Assembly (NCBI RefSeq): GCF_003334335.1
Contig: NZ_QOWQ01000056.1
DNA: 18,875 nucleotides
Strand: one strand, 5' to 3'
DNA from: Escherichia coli
GTDB taxonomy: Bacteria > Pseudomonadota > Gammaproteobacteria > Enterobacterales > Enterobacteriaceae
Position 1 is the stretch's first letter. Each line of letters starts with the position of its first letter. The notes below the pieces were generated by a model. It saw only the letters and a program-made list of their open reading frames with translations, searched no databases and was not told the origin of the DNA. Shown in pieces: positions 1-8,942 of this stretch. A program made the position numbers and the translations under genes.

Positions 1-77
1 TCCATAAATTAACCTTCATTTGATGCTGGATTGAACATATCAAAATCAGGCAATTACACAAATCTATGTACAGGCTC
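1..77. repeat. Left copy of a perfect 77-bp terminal inverted repeat (partner at 18799-18875)
   Basis: Reverse complement of 18799-18875 is identical to 1-77 base for base (checked by hand); identity stops at 77/78 (c vs a). AT-rich. Outward extent beyond the window edge cannot be seen. Confidence 0.9.
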
Positions 78-423
78 CTTGCGAACATTGTTCATCAACT
101 GTGACACTGGCTCGCGGGTGACAAATACTCGCCTGGCTGAGCAGCAACAGGCATCGTATTGTTGCTCCTCCATGTTGTTCCCGCAACCAGCGTAATACCA
201 CAGGCAGTGCTGGACTGGCAGTGTGATTGCTCTCAGTAATACGTTCGTGCACCTGTCGGAAAAAGGAAGTACAGAATGCATGAATCTGTTGCCCGTTGAT
301 ATTTCCTTCTGCCGAATGGAGTGTGAAGTAAAATGCCAGCAAATGCGGCCAGTGGTCCACCGCCTGCTGAACAAAACGCCGGATGTCTCCCGGCTCTGAA
401 ATTAAGGCTTCGGTTATTTGCAC
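64..423 (-). CDS. Hypothetical ORF, possibly a gene remnant in the GC-richer left flank; no family recognised
   Basis: 119-aa ORF in the track; the first codon is GTG (plus-strand cac at 421-423) and there is no in-frame ATG near the start. Stop TAG lies inside the left inverted repeat (64-66). A second overlapping minus-strand frame (54-374) is also open, so coding status is uncertain. Confidence 0.2.
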   Translation of the reverse strand: MQITEALISEPGDIRRFVQQAVDHWPHLLAFYFTLHSAEGNINGQQIHAFCTSFFRQVHERITESNHTASPALPVVLRWLREQHGGATIRCLLLLSQASICHPRASVTVDEQCSQGACT

Positions 424-430
424 GAAATGT
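398..430. repeat. Left copy of an imperfect direct repeat bracketing the microcin island (candidate att-like boundary)
   Basis: Core cttcggttatttgcacgaaatgt (408-430) matches cttcggttatttgctcggaatgt (14083-14105) at 21/23; with 10 flanking bases about 27/33. Same orientation. It sits at the switch from GC-richer flank to the AT-rich microcin block. Confidence 0.45.
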
Positions 431-758
431 TCCTTTTCAAACCCTGTTGGATTTTGTCAAGACGGTACAGACACAGTAAAGCGCGCATCAACACCTGAAA
501 GGTACGATACAAACACAAGTTACAAACAATAAGAACGGAAGGACAATTAATCAGTGAGGAATAATAACTAAATTAACCAAAAGAATGTTACTGACAATAC
601 CACCAATACTTAAATAGCAATATATTAATTAATGTAAGAACAGATGCCCGGTAAGACATATACACAATACATCCACAAACACACTCTTTTCATTAAATAA
701 ATCACCTGATTAAACCATGAAAGTGTGATGTAAGTCAAAATTACTGACACAATCAATT

Positions 759-783
759 GATAATGATTATCTCTATCATTATC
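759..783. promoter_or_regulatory. Fur-box-like operator (iron-responsive) upstream of the 869-2125 operon
   Basis: gataatgattatctctatcattatc: the first 13 nt match the Fur consensus GATAATGATAATC with one mismatch and the last 9 nt (ATCATTATC) match the consensus 3' half exactly. It lies about 85 bp upstream of the ATG at 869. Confidence 0.45.
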
Positions 784-868
784 GTGAAATTCGAGAATGA
801 AAGGAGAAGTAGTCATTATAAGCCTTTTATAAATCGTCATCATCATAGTAAAGTAGAACACTTTTTAT

Positions 869-1339
869 ATGAGTTACTATATGAAAATATACTGGACAAG
901 AAAAAACATTCCTGAACTTTCAGCACTTCCACCTTCATTAAGAAAGAAAAATTTTACTGACGCATATAATGCTGCATCTTCCCATATCGAATACTGGATA
1001 GGTGCTGGCGTCTCATTTATCTCGATGATGATTTTATTCAAAGTATATGACTTTCTTTTACCCGCCCAAGATACTTTCCCGGGTGATATCATAAGAAGTT
1101 TATGTGTTGTGTGTCCATCCATATTAATCTGGTTTCAGTTTTCGGTATATGTCATGAGGAAATATTACAGACATATTCTGGAACGAGGTAAGGAAACCGA
1201 AACCATTTCAGAAAGGTTGATACGTGAGGCTGATACACGAGAATATGAACTATGGCGTCCGGCCCATCGCTTTTTCTCCATTATTTTTCTCATTATTCTA
1301 TTAGTTTGCATTCATTCACTGATAACAACTATAAAATAA
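869..1339 (+). CDS. Putative polytopic membrane protein (156 aa), function unknown; possible microcin immunity or accessory protein
   Basis: ATG start at 869 (second ATG at 881); hydrophobic segments (WIGAGVSFISMMILF, LCVVCPSILIWFQFSVYV, FFSIIFLIILLVCIHSLI); very AT-rich like neighbouring microcin genes; co-directional and 100 bp upstream of the CPBP gene. No obvious Shine-Dalgarno. Confidence 0.45.
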   Translation: MSYYMKIYWTRKNIPELSALPPSLRKKNFTDAYNAASSHIEYWIGAGVSFISMMILFKVYDFLLPAQDTFPGDIIRSLCVVCPSILIWFQFSVYVMRKYYRHILERGKETETISERLIREADTREYELWRPAHRFFSIIFLIILLVCIHSLITTIK

Positions 1340-1438
1340 AAGTTATGGCTGTTCTGATACAGGAAAATAAACGTTCATTCTATGGTTACCTCTTCCTGTT
1401 ATATAAAAGAATTTTAAACAACAAGTAAGGGAATATAA

Positions 1439-2125
1439 ATGGAAATAACAAAAAATAAAAATGCAACTATAAAAAAACAGTCATCAGCCGGCTGCTTTTC
1501 AATGTTTACTTTATCATTTTCCATTACCTTTATTCCTGCATTTCTTACAAACAGGCAGGAACTTATATCCAGGGGGCTTCTTGTTCCAGCATTATTTCTT
1601 GCTGAATTTCTAATTCTTGTTCCACTGTATTTTATTTTCTTCCGAAAAAGAGAAGGATTAGGAAGAGGTTCTTTTCGACTGGATGTTTTTTTTACTCTTT
1701 TCTCTTTAATAATGATTATTCAGTTATTTGTCCCTTATCTGCTGGCAGTGAGGAAAACGGAAGAATGGATGATCTCGCAAATGTCTTTTTCCGGGGCCAT
1801 TTTATGGATTAATATATTTTCTTCCGTACTTCTTGTTCCTGTATATGAAGAGATTGTATTTCGAGGGTGTCTTTTTAACTCTTTTAAATTCTGGTTTAAT
1901 GACAATATTTACATCTCTGCTATTGTAACATCAGTCATATTTTCTGCATTACATCTACAATATACTGACTTTCGTACATTTTTGATGCTCTTTCTGATAT
2001 CGTTAGTTCTTATCAGTGCAAAAATAAAGTCGAATGGCCTGTTAATGCCCATATTACTTCACATGGCGATGAATGCAGTCATAACAGGAATACAATATAC
2101 GTTACAATATCACATAACAGTCTGA
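1439..2125 (+). CDS. CPBP-family (CAAX protease / bacteriocin-processing, Abi PF02517-type) intramembrane metalloprotease, McmM/MceF-like
   Basis: 228 aa; ATG at 1439 preceded by taaggga (1426-1432). Family motifs in order: EExxxR (VYEEIVFRG), FxxxH (FSALH), HxxxN (HMAMN), within a multi-helix hydrophobic protein. Homologues (mceF, mcmM) are known in siderophore-microcin clusters. Confidence 0.8.
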   Translation: MEITKNKNATIKKQSSAGCFSMFTLSFSITFIPAFLTNRQELISRGLLVPALFLAEFLILVPLYFIFFRKREGLGRGSFRLDVFFTLFSLIMIIQLFVPYLLAVRKTEEWMISQMSFSGAILWINIFSSVLLVPVYEEIVFRGCLFNSFKFWFNDNIYISAIVTSVIFSALHLQYTDFRTFLMLFLISLVLISAKIKSNGLLMPILLHMAMNAVITGIQYTLQYHITV

Positions 2126-2377
2126 AATTGTTATTATGAGATATCTATAACACCTGAAGTTGGAAAAAGAAGCAAATAATTCCTTATAAGGAATCGTTTA
2201 CTAATATATTTAGATAATCTCATATTTGTTTATGATATACATCTGATTAAGATATAATGGATTATAAATTACTCAAAGGTGAACAAATATCTTCGCCTTT
2301 TCTCGTAGAAAGAGACTTGAAACTTATAATACATCTATATAAACGTGATTTAAATCACGGTTTGCAGTAAAAGCAAT

Positions 2378-2386
2378 TGGTATAAT
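2378..2386 (+). promoter_or_regulatory. Candidate extended -10 promoter element (TGgTATAAT) for the immunity-like/microcin-like pair
   Basis: tggtataat at 2378-2386 fits the TGnTATAAT extended -10 pattern; the nearest -35-like hexamer (ttgcag, 2362-2367) has a short 13-nt spacer. Sequence-only prediction. Confidence 0.25.
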
Positions 2387-2570
2387 TCATTGGTATTACT
2401 ATTATTTCATCTATTGCACGAACTATTTTACAACAATAAAAAAGATATACAAACAGCAAGAAGTAAAAATATTCGGATAAATAAAAATTTTTGCTACCTT
2501 GGTTTCTATAGTCTTTATTTCTAAGTTTTTCATAAGCACTCAAAGACTCATGTATAGGGACGGTTTAATA

Positions 2571-2735
2571 ATGAAACTATTTTTTTATTTCTCGTTGTTC
2601 TTTATAATACAACTTATAAATTCAGACTTAGACACATTAACCCTTTATCTTTTCATAAAGAAAATAATTCTTTCGTTACTTGCGAGTGTACTGTTTTTAT
2701 TTGTTTTATCTTTCTTTAATAAAAAGAGGAAATAA
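2571..2735 (+). CDS. Candidate microcin immunity protein (small two-helix hydrophobic peptide, about 54 aa)
   Basis: The track ORF 2499-2735 starts at TTG; in-frame ATGs occur at 2550 and 2571, and the 2571 one has aggga 11 nt upstream. Product MKLFFYFSLFFIIQLI...IILSLLASVLFLFVLSFF NKKRK has two hydrophobic helices and a basic tail. Stop TAA (2733-2735) is 1 nt before the microcin-like ATG, and the precursor's RBS lies inside its last codons. Confidence 0.4.
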   Translation: MKLFFYFSLFFIIQLINSDLDTLTLYLFIKKIILSLLASVLFLFVLSFFNKKRK

Positions 2736-2736
2736 C

Positions 2737-3060
2737 ATGAGAAATATAACAACCGATGAACTTGCTTTAATACATGGTGCAGGATTAGATAAAGATGCAT
2801 CCGTTGCAATAGGTACTGCGGCTGGTGGTTTTTTAGGTAAAGCAACAAAAATCCCTGGTGCGGATATAGCAGGAAGTGCAATTGGAGGATATATTGGAGG
2901 AGTTATTGCTGATGGTTCAAATAGGACAATAACAATACCATCAAACGGTATTAACTATAATCCGGGTATAGGACTTGGAAGTTTTAATCCAAACTACAAT
3001 GGAGGTTTATTAAACTCAGGATTTAACTCATCAACATCCTCTTCTAGTAGTGGAAGTTGA
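2737..3060 (+). CDS. Class IIb (siderophore-type) microcin-like precursor, 107 aa: 15-aa double-glycine-type leader plus 92-aa Gly/Ser-rich core
   Basis: ATG at 2737 with strong SD aagagga (2724-2730). Leader MRNITTDELALIHGA|G parallels MchB MREITESQLRYISGA|G and the MRxI(S/T)xxEL pattern. Core is cysteine-free, 20/92 Gly, and ends NSSTSSSSSGS like the Ser-rich tails of H47 and E492 that receive the salmochelin-type moiety. The track's 126-aa version starts at TTG (2680) with no RBS and overlaps the upstream ORF. Confidence 0.7.
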   Translation: MRNITTDELALIHGAGLDKDASVAIGTAAGGFLGKATKIPGADIAGSAIGGYIGGVIADGSNRTITIPSNGINYNPGIGLGSFNPNYNGGLLNSGFNSSTSSSSSGS

Positions 3061-3069
3061 TTAATTTCT

Positions 3070-3105
3070 AAAGCAGCATAGCTTATTATGCAGCAATGCT
3101 GCTTT
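3070..3105. terminator. Candidate bidirectional rho-independent terminator between the convergent microcin-like gene and mchF
   Basis: aaagcagcat (3070-3079) pairs with atgctgcttt (3096-3105); an alternative tighter hairpin gcagc-aat-gctgc is followed by tttt. Located between the stop at 3060 (+) and the stop at 3121 (-). Confidence 0.45.
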
Positions 3106-3120
3106 TAGTGATATATTATC

Positions 3121-5223
3121 CTAATTTGTAATTCTAAAAATCCGATCAACTGTTCTTAAAGTTGTCTCTCTATGTGCAATAATCACCCGGGTGATATTCA
3201 TCTTTTTTATAGCAGCATTCACGAAACGTTCACTTTCTGTATCAAGAGAACTTGTAGCCTCATCCATAAATAATATTCCAGGTTTCCGGTATAAAGCTCG
3301 GGCAATGAATATACGCTGTTTTTGACCGCCGGAAAGACCTTCCCCCAGTTCACCTATTAACGTTTCATACCCCATTGGCATTTTCATTATCACATCATGA
3401 ATATGACTTGCTCTGGCACATTCTGTCATCCATTCGTCGTCTGTTTCTTCTGCAAACCCACAGATATTTTCACGAATTGATCCTGAAAATAGCCGGTCGT
3501 CCTGCATAACACAGGCTATCATACGGTGATAATTATTTATTCCAAGTTGACGTATATCCGTGCCATTAACCAGTACTTTTCCACTATCTGGTTCAAACAG
3601 TCCACATAATACTTTCATTAATGTGGTTTTTCCGGCACCGGAGGCACCAGTTATAGCCACACTTTCTCCCGGAGCCACAGACAAATTCAGACCACTGAAT
3701 ACCTGTGCTGACTGGCTGTCATACCGGTAGCTTAAATCAGTGGTTTCCAGTGAAACCGGGCTCATGTCAGCAACGATTTCAATTTCCGGTTTCTTTTCTT
3801 CCTTTTCATGTAGTGCAATATCTGCAATGCGCTCATTATGCAGACTCATTATTCTCAGTTGAAGAAGAAAACTGGTCAGCGAAGCAACCCGATCCGAAAA
3901 CTGCCCACGAAAAGAACCAAATGCCACAAACATCCCTATTGTCATCTGATTATCGATCACAAGGCTTGCACCCAGCCATAAAATCGCCACCTGATCACAG
4001 GCGGCAACAAAAGTATTTATCCCCCCGAAGAGCAAATCCATCCTGGTTAACTTAATACCTGAATTGATCGCATCTATTTTCAGGTTAAGCCAGTGTGTTC
4101 CCCGAATCCCAGCCATACCCTGGATTTTTACCGTGGCAATACCATACAGGCTTTCCATAAAATAGGAGCTGGCCCGGGCCCCCCTGACAAGAGTTTCTTC
4201 CGATATTTGCCGGTAATAGCCGTATGTCACCAGACGAATAAGAACGTAAACCATGGTAAAACCGAGCACTATCCAGGTAAGATATCCTCCATATAACAGC
4301 ATCATCACAAAAACACCCACAACCATAATACTGTCCATGATTGCCCCAACAACACAGGTGGTAAAGGTGGCCCTCAAAGTGTCAAGGGAGCCAAAACGCG
4401 ACTGGATATCACCTAATTTACGGCGTTCAAAAAACGCCAGCGGCAGTCTGAGAAGATGGTTAAACAGACCCGACTGCCACTGTATATTGATGAGCGTGCT
4501 CATAACCAGTGAGGACCATGCACGCAGCATACTCACCGCGGCCCTGAGCAATATAAAGAACATCAGGCCAGCAGAAATAAGCGTCAGCAGCCCTCTGTCC
4601 CCCGCCGGAATCGCATGATCCATAACCAGCTGAGTTCCCACCGGCATTACCAGATTGATTGCTTCAATTACAACTGACAGACAGAAAATTTTCGCCAGTG
4701 TTCTTTTAATACCGTAAATACTGTTAATCAGTGAACGGAGACTTATGCGGGTCTGCTGGGTTTCCGCCAGGAATTCACTTCCGGGCCAGACCTCAAGTGC
4801 AATGCCCGTAAAATACCGGCTCATTTCCTCCCGACCGAGATATCTTCTGCCTCTGGCCGGATCATGCAGTACATAACGGTTACGCTTTACGCTGACCAGC
4901 ACGACGAAGTGACTGAAATCCCAGTGGAGAATACACGGCATTTTGAGGGCACCAAGTTCATCCAGCTCCAGTGAAAGAGCCCGGGTGACCATCCCCAGCT
5001 GCTCCGCTATTCCATTGATTCCTGCAAGGTTTGCTCCACGGGCCGAGAGATTAAACTTCCGGCGAAGAGATATCAGGTCAATATTCTTACCAAAATGACC
5101 GCATATCATTGCCAGGCAGGCCAGTCCACATTCAGCGGTCTCCGTCTGATGAATAACCGGAACACGACGTCGCCAGCGCATATCAAGCTGATTTATAATT
5201 TGTCTGAAATTCCCGTTAGTCAT
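3121..5223 (-). CDS. mchF: Microcin export ABC transporter with N-terminal C39 peptidase domain (CvaB/MchF family)
   Basis: About 700 aa. C39 catalytic Cys context [14 protein letters not shown]; Walker [10 protein letters not shown]; ABC signature LSGGQKQR; Walker [10 protein letters not shown]. The track ORF (to 5241) begins at GTG; the ATG at 5223 ([10 protein letters not shown]) has AGGA 9 nt upstream and overlaps the mchE stop by 8 nt, as in cvaA/cvaB. Confidence 0.93.
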   Translation of the reverse strand: MTNGNFRQIINQLDMRWRRRVPVIHQTETAECGLACLAMICGHFGKNIDLISLRRKFNLSARGANLAGINGIAEQLGMVTRALSLELDELGALKMPCILHWDFSHFVVLVSVKRNRYVLHDPARGRRYLGREEMSRYFTGIALEVWPGSEFLAETQQTRISLRSLINSIYGIKRTLAKIFCLSVVIEAINLVMPVGTQLVMDHAIPAGDRGLLTLISAGLMFFILLRAAVSMLRAWSSLVMSTLINIQWQSGLFNHLLRLPLAFFERRKLGDIQSRFGSLDTLRATFTTCVVGAIMDSIMVVGVFVMMLLYGGYLTWIVLGFTMVYVLIRLVTYGYYRQISEETLVRGARASSYFMESLYGIATVKIQGMAGIRGTHWLNLKIDAINSGIKLTRMDLLFGGINTFVAACDQVAILWLGASLVIDNQMTIGMFVAFGSFRGQFSDRVASLTSFLLQLRIMSLHNERIADIALHEKEEKKPEIEIVADMSPVSLETTDLSYRYDSQSAQVFSGLNLSVAPGESVAITGASGAGKTTLMKVLCGLFEPDSGKVLVNGTDIRQLGINNYHRMIACVMQDDRLFSGSIRENICGFAEETDDEWMTECARASHIHDVIMKMPMGYETLIGELGEGLSGGQKQRIFIARALYRKPGILFMDEATSSLDTESERFVNAAIKKMNITRVIIAHRETTLRTVDRIFRITN

Positions 5224-6457
5224 TGAGCGGTCCTGTTGCACTGTGTTTCATGTCATAGAAAGGAGAAAGCATCCACTGGTAAATACGCCTTTTTTCCAGA
5301 AATAGTGTACTTTCGGCTTTCATTCCATTTTCCAGAGGGAGGTATTTTTCGTCATATCTGATAATCTGCTTTTCAGGCATCGCAATGACTTTATACCAGG
5401 GAACAGAGTCGCCCGGCGTATTCTGTGGTGCTCCCTTATAGGTCAACATTTCCTGTGTTGACGCAGGAGTCCTGGATATAGTTTTAACCGTAGCAGAGAA
5501 CTGCCCAAATTTTTCTGCCGGAAAGGCTTCATAACGAATATTCACTTTGTCACCAGCCGAAATATAAGGAACAGCATCATTCGGGACCCAGAGAATAAGA
5601 TAATAGTTTTCAATGTTCTCAGGAATAACCTGCAGAAGGCTGTCTCCGGTATTGACCATTTGCCCGACAGTGACACTCAGGGAGTCAACTTTCCCGTCAG
5701 TCAACGCCCGGATAATGATTTCGCCCTCCACATCAGTGTTAACCAGTTCTTTCTGTAACTCATACCGTTGCAGTTCCATCTGGTAGATACGGTTATCAAA
5801 ATCTGCAGCCTGAGTCTGAATCTGACTCTCCAGAGTGGTTATCTGCAGGGCATTCTGTTCGTTCTGTCCGCTCAGGCTGAGAAGATTGTTTTGTTGCTGA
5901 TAATATAATGCCACCTGGTTAGTTAACTGATCTTTATTAATCAGCCCTTTTGCCTGATAGTTTCTGTAATTCTCCATATTGTTTTTCATTATTTTTATCC
6001 CTTCCTCTGCACGCTGTATAATATCTGATGAGCGACGAAACGCATCTGTGTATTGCAGGCGTTGTTTTTCCAGGGTATCTAGCGTTATTTTTTTACTTTC
6101 TTCCAGACGGGAAATAATGTTGTCCACACGAACCAACTGGTTTTCTATATCCCGACGATGATTATCAGTGACAATACCACTACGTGTACTTTTACTGATG
6201 TCAATCAGATAAACAGGATCCCCTTTTTTTATCAACTGTCCTTCATGAACAAACTGCCTGACAACAAATCCCTGTACACCTGAATATATATTGACAGCTC
6301 TTGGCCAGGTTGTGACCTCACCACTGACATTAACACGGCGGCTATAGGTACCAACAATAATGAACATCAGAAATGCCGTAATAAACACTATGCTTCCCAG
6401 CATGATTAACCATAGTGGTATTCCGGGAAGTAATATTGCCCGTCCCTGCCACTTCAT
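5216..6457 (-). CDS. mchE: HlyD-family membrane fusion / secretion protein (CvaA/MchE family)
   Basis: N-terminal TM segment ([28 protein letters not shown]) followed by a long coiled-coil region and C-terminal beta domain typical of HlyD-type partners. The track ORF starts at TTG (6490); the first ATG is at 6457 ([12 protein letters not shown]), giving 413 aa. Confidence 0.92.
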   Translation of the reverse strand: MKWQGRAILLPGIPLWLIMLGSIVFITAFLMFIIVGTYSRRVNVSGEVTTWPRAVNIYSGVQGFVVRQFVHEGQLIKKGDPVYLIDISKSTRSGIVTDNHRRDIENQLVRVDNIISRLEESKKITLDTLEKQRLQYTDAFRRSSDIIQRAEEGIKIMKNNMENYRNYQAKGLINKDQLTNQVALYYQQQNNLLSLSGQNEQNALQITTLESQIQTQAADFDNRIYQMELQRYELQKELVNTDVEGEIIIRALTDGKVDSLSVTVGQMVNTGDSLLQVIPENIENYYLILWVPNDAVPYISAGDKVNIRYEAFPAEKFGQFSATVKTISRTPASTQEMLTYKGAPQNTPGDSVPWYKVIAMPEKQIIRYDEKYLPLENGMKAESTLFLEKRRIYQWMLSPFYDMKHSATGPLND

Positions 6458-6642
6458 TTTTCTGTTTTCTAAAGCATCCTGACGAAACAAAATAGCTCCT
6501 CTTACTCACACTTTTCCTGTAATATCTTCACTGGTTAACCGAAATGCTATAATCAAAGCCAGAAAATACAGAGTCCTGTCAAAATAGTATCAGCGATGCA
6601 TTTACCCCGTAATTTACAATTATCTCTGTATCTTCAGAGGTA

Positions 6643-7095
6643 CTACGTTTTATGCAGCCGCTCAGGGATGTATGTCACAATTTTCTTTCGCCTGCTTAAC
6701 CATCGTACTTCTCCTTCTCCCCATGGCTGAAGCTGTATGAGATAGTCAATAACTTTTCGACCAAAGCCTGGTTTACAACAGAAATCCAGAATCCAAATCC
6801 TTCCATCTTCATTCCATTCAGACGGATGCAACCTGAATTCTGGATCCCTGAGCAGGCGCGCTTCTGTATCAGCCTCAAGATATGCCCAGGTAATATACGC
6901 CAGTGGAAAACCTCGTGAATCAAACAGGAATTTAATCTGATTATGCTGTATCGCATATTCAGTCCAGTATTGAATGGTTAACACCGGATACAGACTGTAA
7001 TTACGATTGTAGAGCATACAACTGACCGCAAAACCGATCTGTTCATAAACAGTCCATTCATCTTTTCCTCTGATGGTTTCCCTTATATAAGACAT
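6643..7095 (-). CDS. mchD: MchD/MceI-like microcin maturation protein (HlyC-like acyltransferase family), 150 aa
   Basis: ATG start at 7095; 150 aa; located between mchC and mchE in the conserved mchBCDEF order. In the E492 system the MceI/MceJ pair links glycosylated enterobactin to the C-terminal Ser of the precursor. Confidence 0.8.
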   Translation of the reverse strand: MSYIRETIRGKDEWTVYEQIGFAVSCMLYNRNYSLYPVLTIQYWTEYAIQHNQIKFLFDSRGFPLAYITWAYLEADTEARLLRDPEFRLHPSEWNEDGRIWILDFCCKPGFGRKVIDYLIQLQPWGEGEVRWLSRRKKIVTYIPERLHKT

Positions 7096-7120
7096 GATTA
7101 CTATTTCCCTTATATATTTT

Positions 7121-8671
7121 TTACACTGTGTTTCTTATCGGTTCAAGATATCCAAATGCATCTCTGGAAAACTTAAGCATAAAATTTTTCATATCAGAAA
7201 TTGCTTCTTGTAAAAAAAGGGGATCATCGCCATGATTATCCAGCAGGATGGCAATTTTTTCGCACATATTCTCTTTCCTCAGCTCTTCCCTGGGTTGCAG
7301 CCTTTTCATGGTATGATGTTCAATTTCTTTCAGGAGTAATGAGGCATTTATCTGACGTCTGGTACTGCCTTGCGTCAGCCAGTGGATGGCCTGGGAAAAA
7401 CACTGTTGTGCAACGGTGAAATAAACATCATTCTTGATGCTACTATTCAGTGCCTGCTTTTGATTATGCCTATGATGGATTAGCGTCACAACCAACTTTT
7501 GCAATGGTGAACCATCCTGATTGACAATATCTTGGGCATGTGATTTCTCGCAGTATTGATTGAGTAATGCAACAAAACTGTTAACCAGTTCTTTCAATAT
7601 ATCAGGTATCTCTTTTTGTGTTATAAATTCTCCAGGAATACCCAACAGTTCTAGATAACAGTAATAACATGCTTCATGAAAAGTTTTCTGAAATATCTCC
7701 TCAACCTTCAAACGGGCTGCAAGAGTGAAGTCAGGGTCAAACATATATTTTCCGATATACAAGCAGAGATCAGACAGCCCTTGCATAAGTACCATCGGTT
7801 CTTTTGCCAGTTCAGCTAATCTTAGTTTATACCCAAAATCAGCTGGGGAATCTCCCGGAAACAGACAACTGAGTCCGCTAAAATCCATTAATCTGCCATC
7901 CATTGCAATATTAGAAGGAGAAGTTGTCAATCTCAGGAAACGTGTTCGACAAAATGCCATTTGCCAGGCCTCACGACGTGCCAGTTCACATAACCCCTCA
8001 ATGCAATAAATCCGGGGATCAGTTCGTGCTTCAGCATCAATTTCTTCCGGTGGTACAGGTAGATATCCTGGCAGCTTGTGGATCACAGATCTAACCCGAC
8101 AGGCATCGTGAATTAACAGACTGGAATACTCCGGTTTTACTTGGAAGTAAGGTGCCCGTTCAAAATGCGCCGGACGAACAACAGGCTCACGTACCAACAG
8201 GGCTCTTCGTGATTTCCTACCGGAGCGCTCAAATGCCTTTTCAGTATAGAGATCTGTAAGTAAAACCGCCCGAACCCGCACAGCACTATAAGGTAATATT
8301 TGAGCCAGTACTTCTCCCCACAAAGCCTCATATATTGCATGAACAGCGCCGAGTGCACCATTAGAATGACGTTCGTCAGTACCTTCGCCAACCAACGGAT
8401 TACTTCCTATTCCTTTAACCTGGTAGTTACCATCAAACCCACAACGTGCACCACCTCCATTACGCTGAATACCACTGCCACCATAGCGCTCTGCATGGAA
8501 CACTTTGGCAGAAGCTGTACTGCCAGGATCGATAATATAACTGCAGGCATTTTGCAGCTCGTCTGGATTTCTGACATCCTCTGCACACCAGATTAATGAG
8601 GCCTTGATCTGCCTGGCAGTGAAAGGCACCAGGTTTTCATTCAGTTCAGAAAGTGAACACTGATGACTCAT
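7121..8671 (-). CDS. mchC: MchC/MceJ-like microcin maturation protein, 516 aa
   Basis: ATG start at 8671 (MSHQCSLSELNENLV...), GGAG about 12 nt upstream; 516 aa; immediately downstream of mchB on the same strand and upstream of mchD. Confidence 0.85.
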   Translation of the reverse strand: MSHQCSLSELNENLVPFTARQIKASLIWCAEDVRNPDELQNACSYIIDPGSTASAKVFHAERYGGSGIQRNGGGARCGFDGNYQVKGIGSNPLVGEGTDERHSNGALGAVHAIYEALWGEVLAQILPYSAVRVRAVLLTDLYTEKAFERSGRKSRRALLVREPVVRPAHFERAPYFQVKPEYSSLLIHDACRVRSVIHKLPGYLPVPPEEIDAEARTDPRIYCIEGLCELARREAWQMAFCRTRFLRLTTSPSNIAMDGRLMDFSGLSCLFPGDSPADFGYKLRLAELAKEPMVLMQGLSDLCLYIGKYMFDPDFTLAARLKVEEIFQKTFHEACYYCYLELLGIPGEFITQKEIPDILKELVNSFVALLNQYCEKSHAQDIVNQDGSPLQKLVVTLIHHRHNQKQALNSSIKNDVYFTVAQQCFSQAIHWLTQGSTRRQINASLLLKEIEHHTMKRLQPREELRKENMCEKIAILLDNHGDDPLFLQEAISDMKNFMLKFSRDAFGYLEPIRNTV

Positions 8672-8695
8672 CTGGCAGTATTCTCCGTTTCAATT

Positions 8696-8721
8696 TTCAT
8701 AAAAGAGTGTTCATAAAAGAG
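8696..8721. repeat. Tandem 12-bp direct repeat (ttcataaaagag x2, 2-nt spacer) in the mchC upstream region
   Basis: ttcataaaagag at 8696-8707 and again at 8710-8721, 25-50 bp upstream of the mchC start codon (8671, minus strand). Candidate operator or UTR element. Confidence 0.3.
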
Positions 8722-8942
8722 CAAGTAAGTGTCCTGACAGCTTCTTCCTTATTACAGTAAAACTCTATTAATTACACATAAATTAAAAAATTATTTATCA
8801 ACGACTGTAAATCATATCTTCATCAGTAAAGTGTTGAACATAAAAACACACTTATAAATGGATCTTCTATCTGTTTTAAACAAAAAGGATATATTTTACA
8901 GGTACTACCGAAAAAGTGCCTGTAAAATAAATAAAAATATAA

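Noticed and set aside
54-374. 106-aa minus-strand ORF overlapping the 64-423 ORF in another frame
   Set aside because: Cys/Trp-rich, low-complexity translation with no motif; at most one of the two overlapping frames can be real, and neither is well supported.
625-861. 78-aa minus-strand ORF
   Set aside because: Lies in the AT-rich promoter region containing the Fur-box-like site; highly biased composition (MMMT, repeated Y/I/L) typical of spurious AT-rich ORFs; no RBS.
877-1122. 81-aa minus-strand ORF
   Set aside because: Antisense to and fully inside the better-supported 869-1339 membrane protein gene.
2680-2736. N-terminal extension of the microcin-like ORF in the track (126-aa version)
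   Set aside because: Starts at TTG with no RBS and overlaps the upstream immunity-like ORF; the ATG at 2737 has a strong SD and yields a canonical 15-aa leader.
2355-2881. Minus-strand ORFs 2355-2543 and 2645-2881
   Set aside because: AT-rich artefacts overlapping the plus-strand immunity-like and microcin-like genes, which have clear RBS and family features.
3705-4618. Plus-strand ORFs 3705-4055, 4093-4296 and 4253-4618
   Set aside because: Antisense to mchF, whose ABC transporter motifs are unambiguous.
5979-6161. 60-aa plus-strand ORF
   Set aside because: Antisense to and inside mchE.
6696-6956. 86-aa minus-strand ORF
   Set aside because: Alternative frame inside mchD; the 150-aa frame has the proper start and conserved position.
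7201-8596. ORFs 7201-7419, 7725-8009, 8137-8391 and 8300-8596
   Set aside because: All lie within mchC (antisense or alternative frame); none has independent support.
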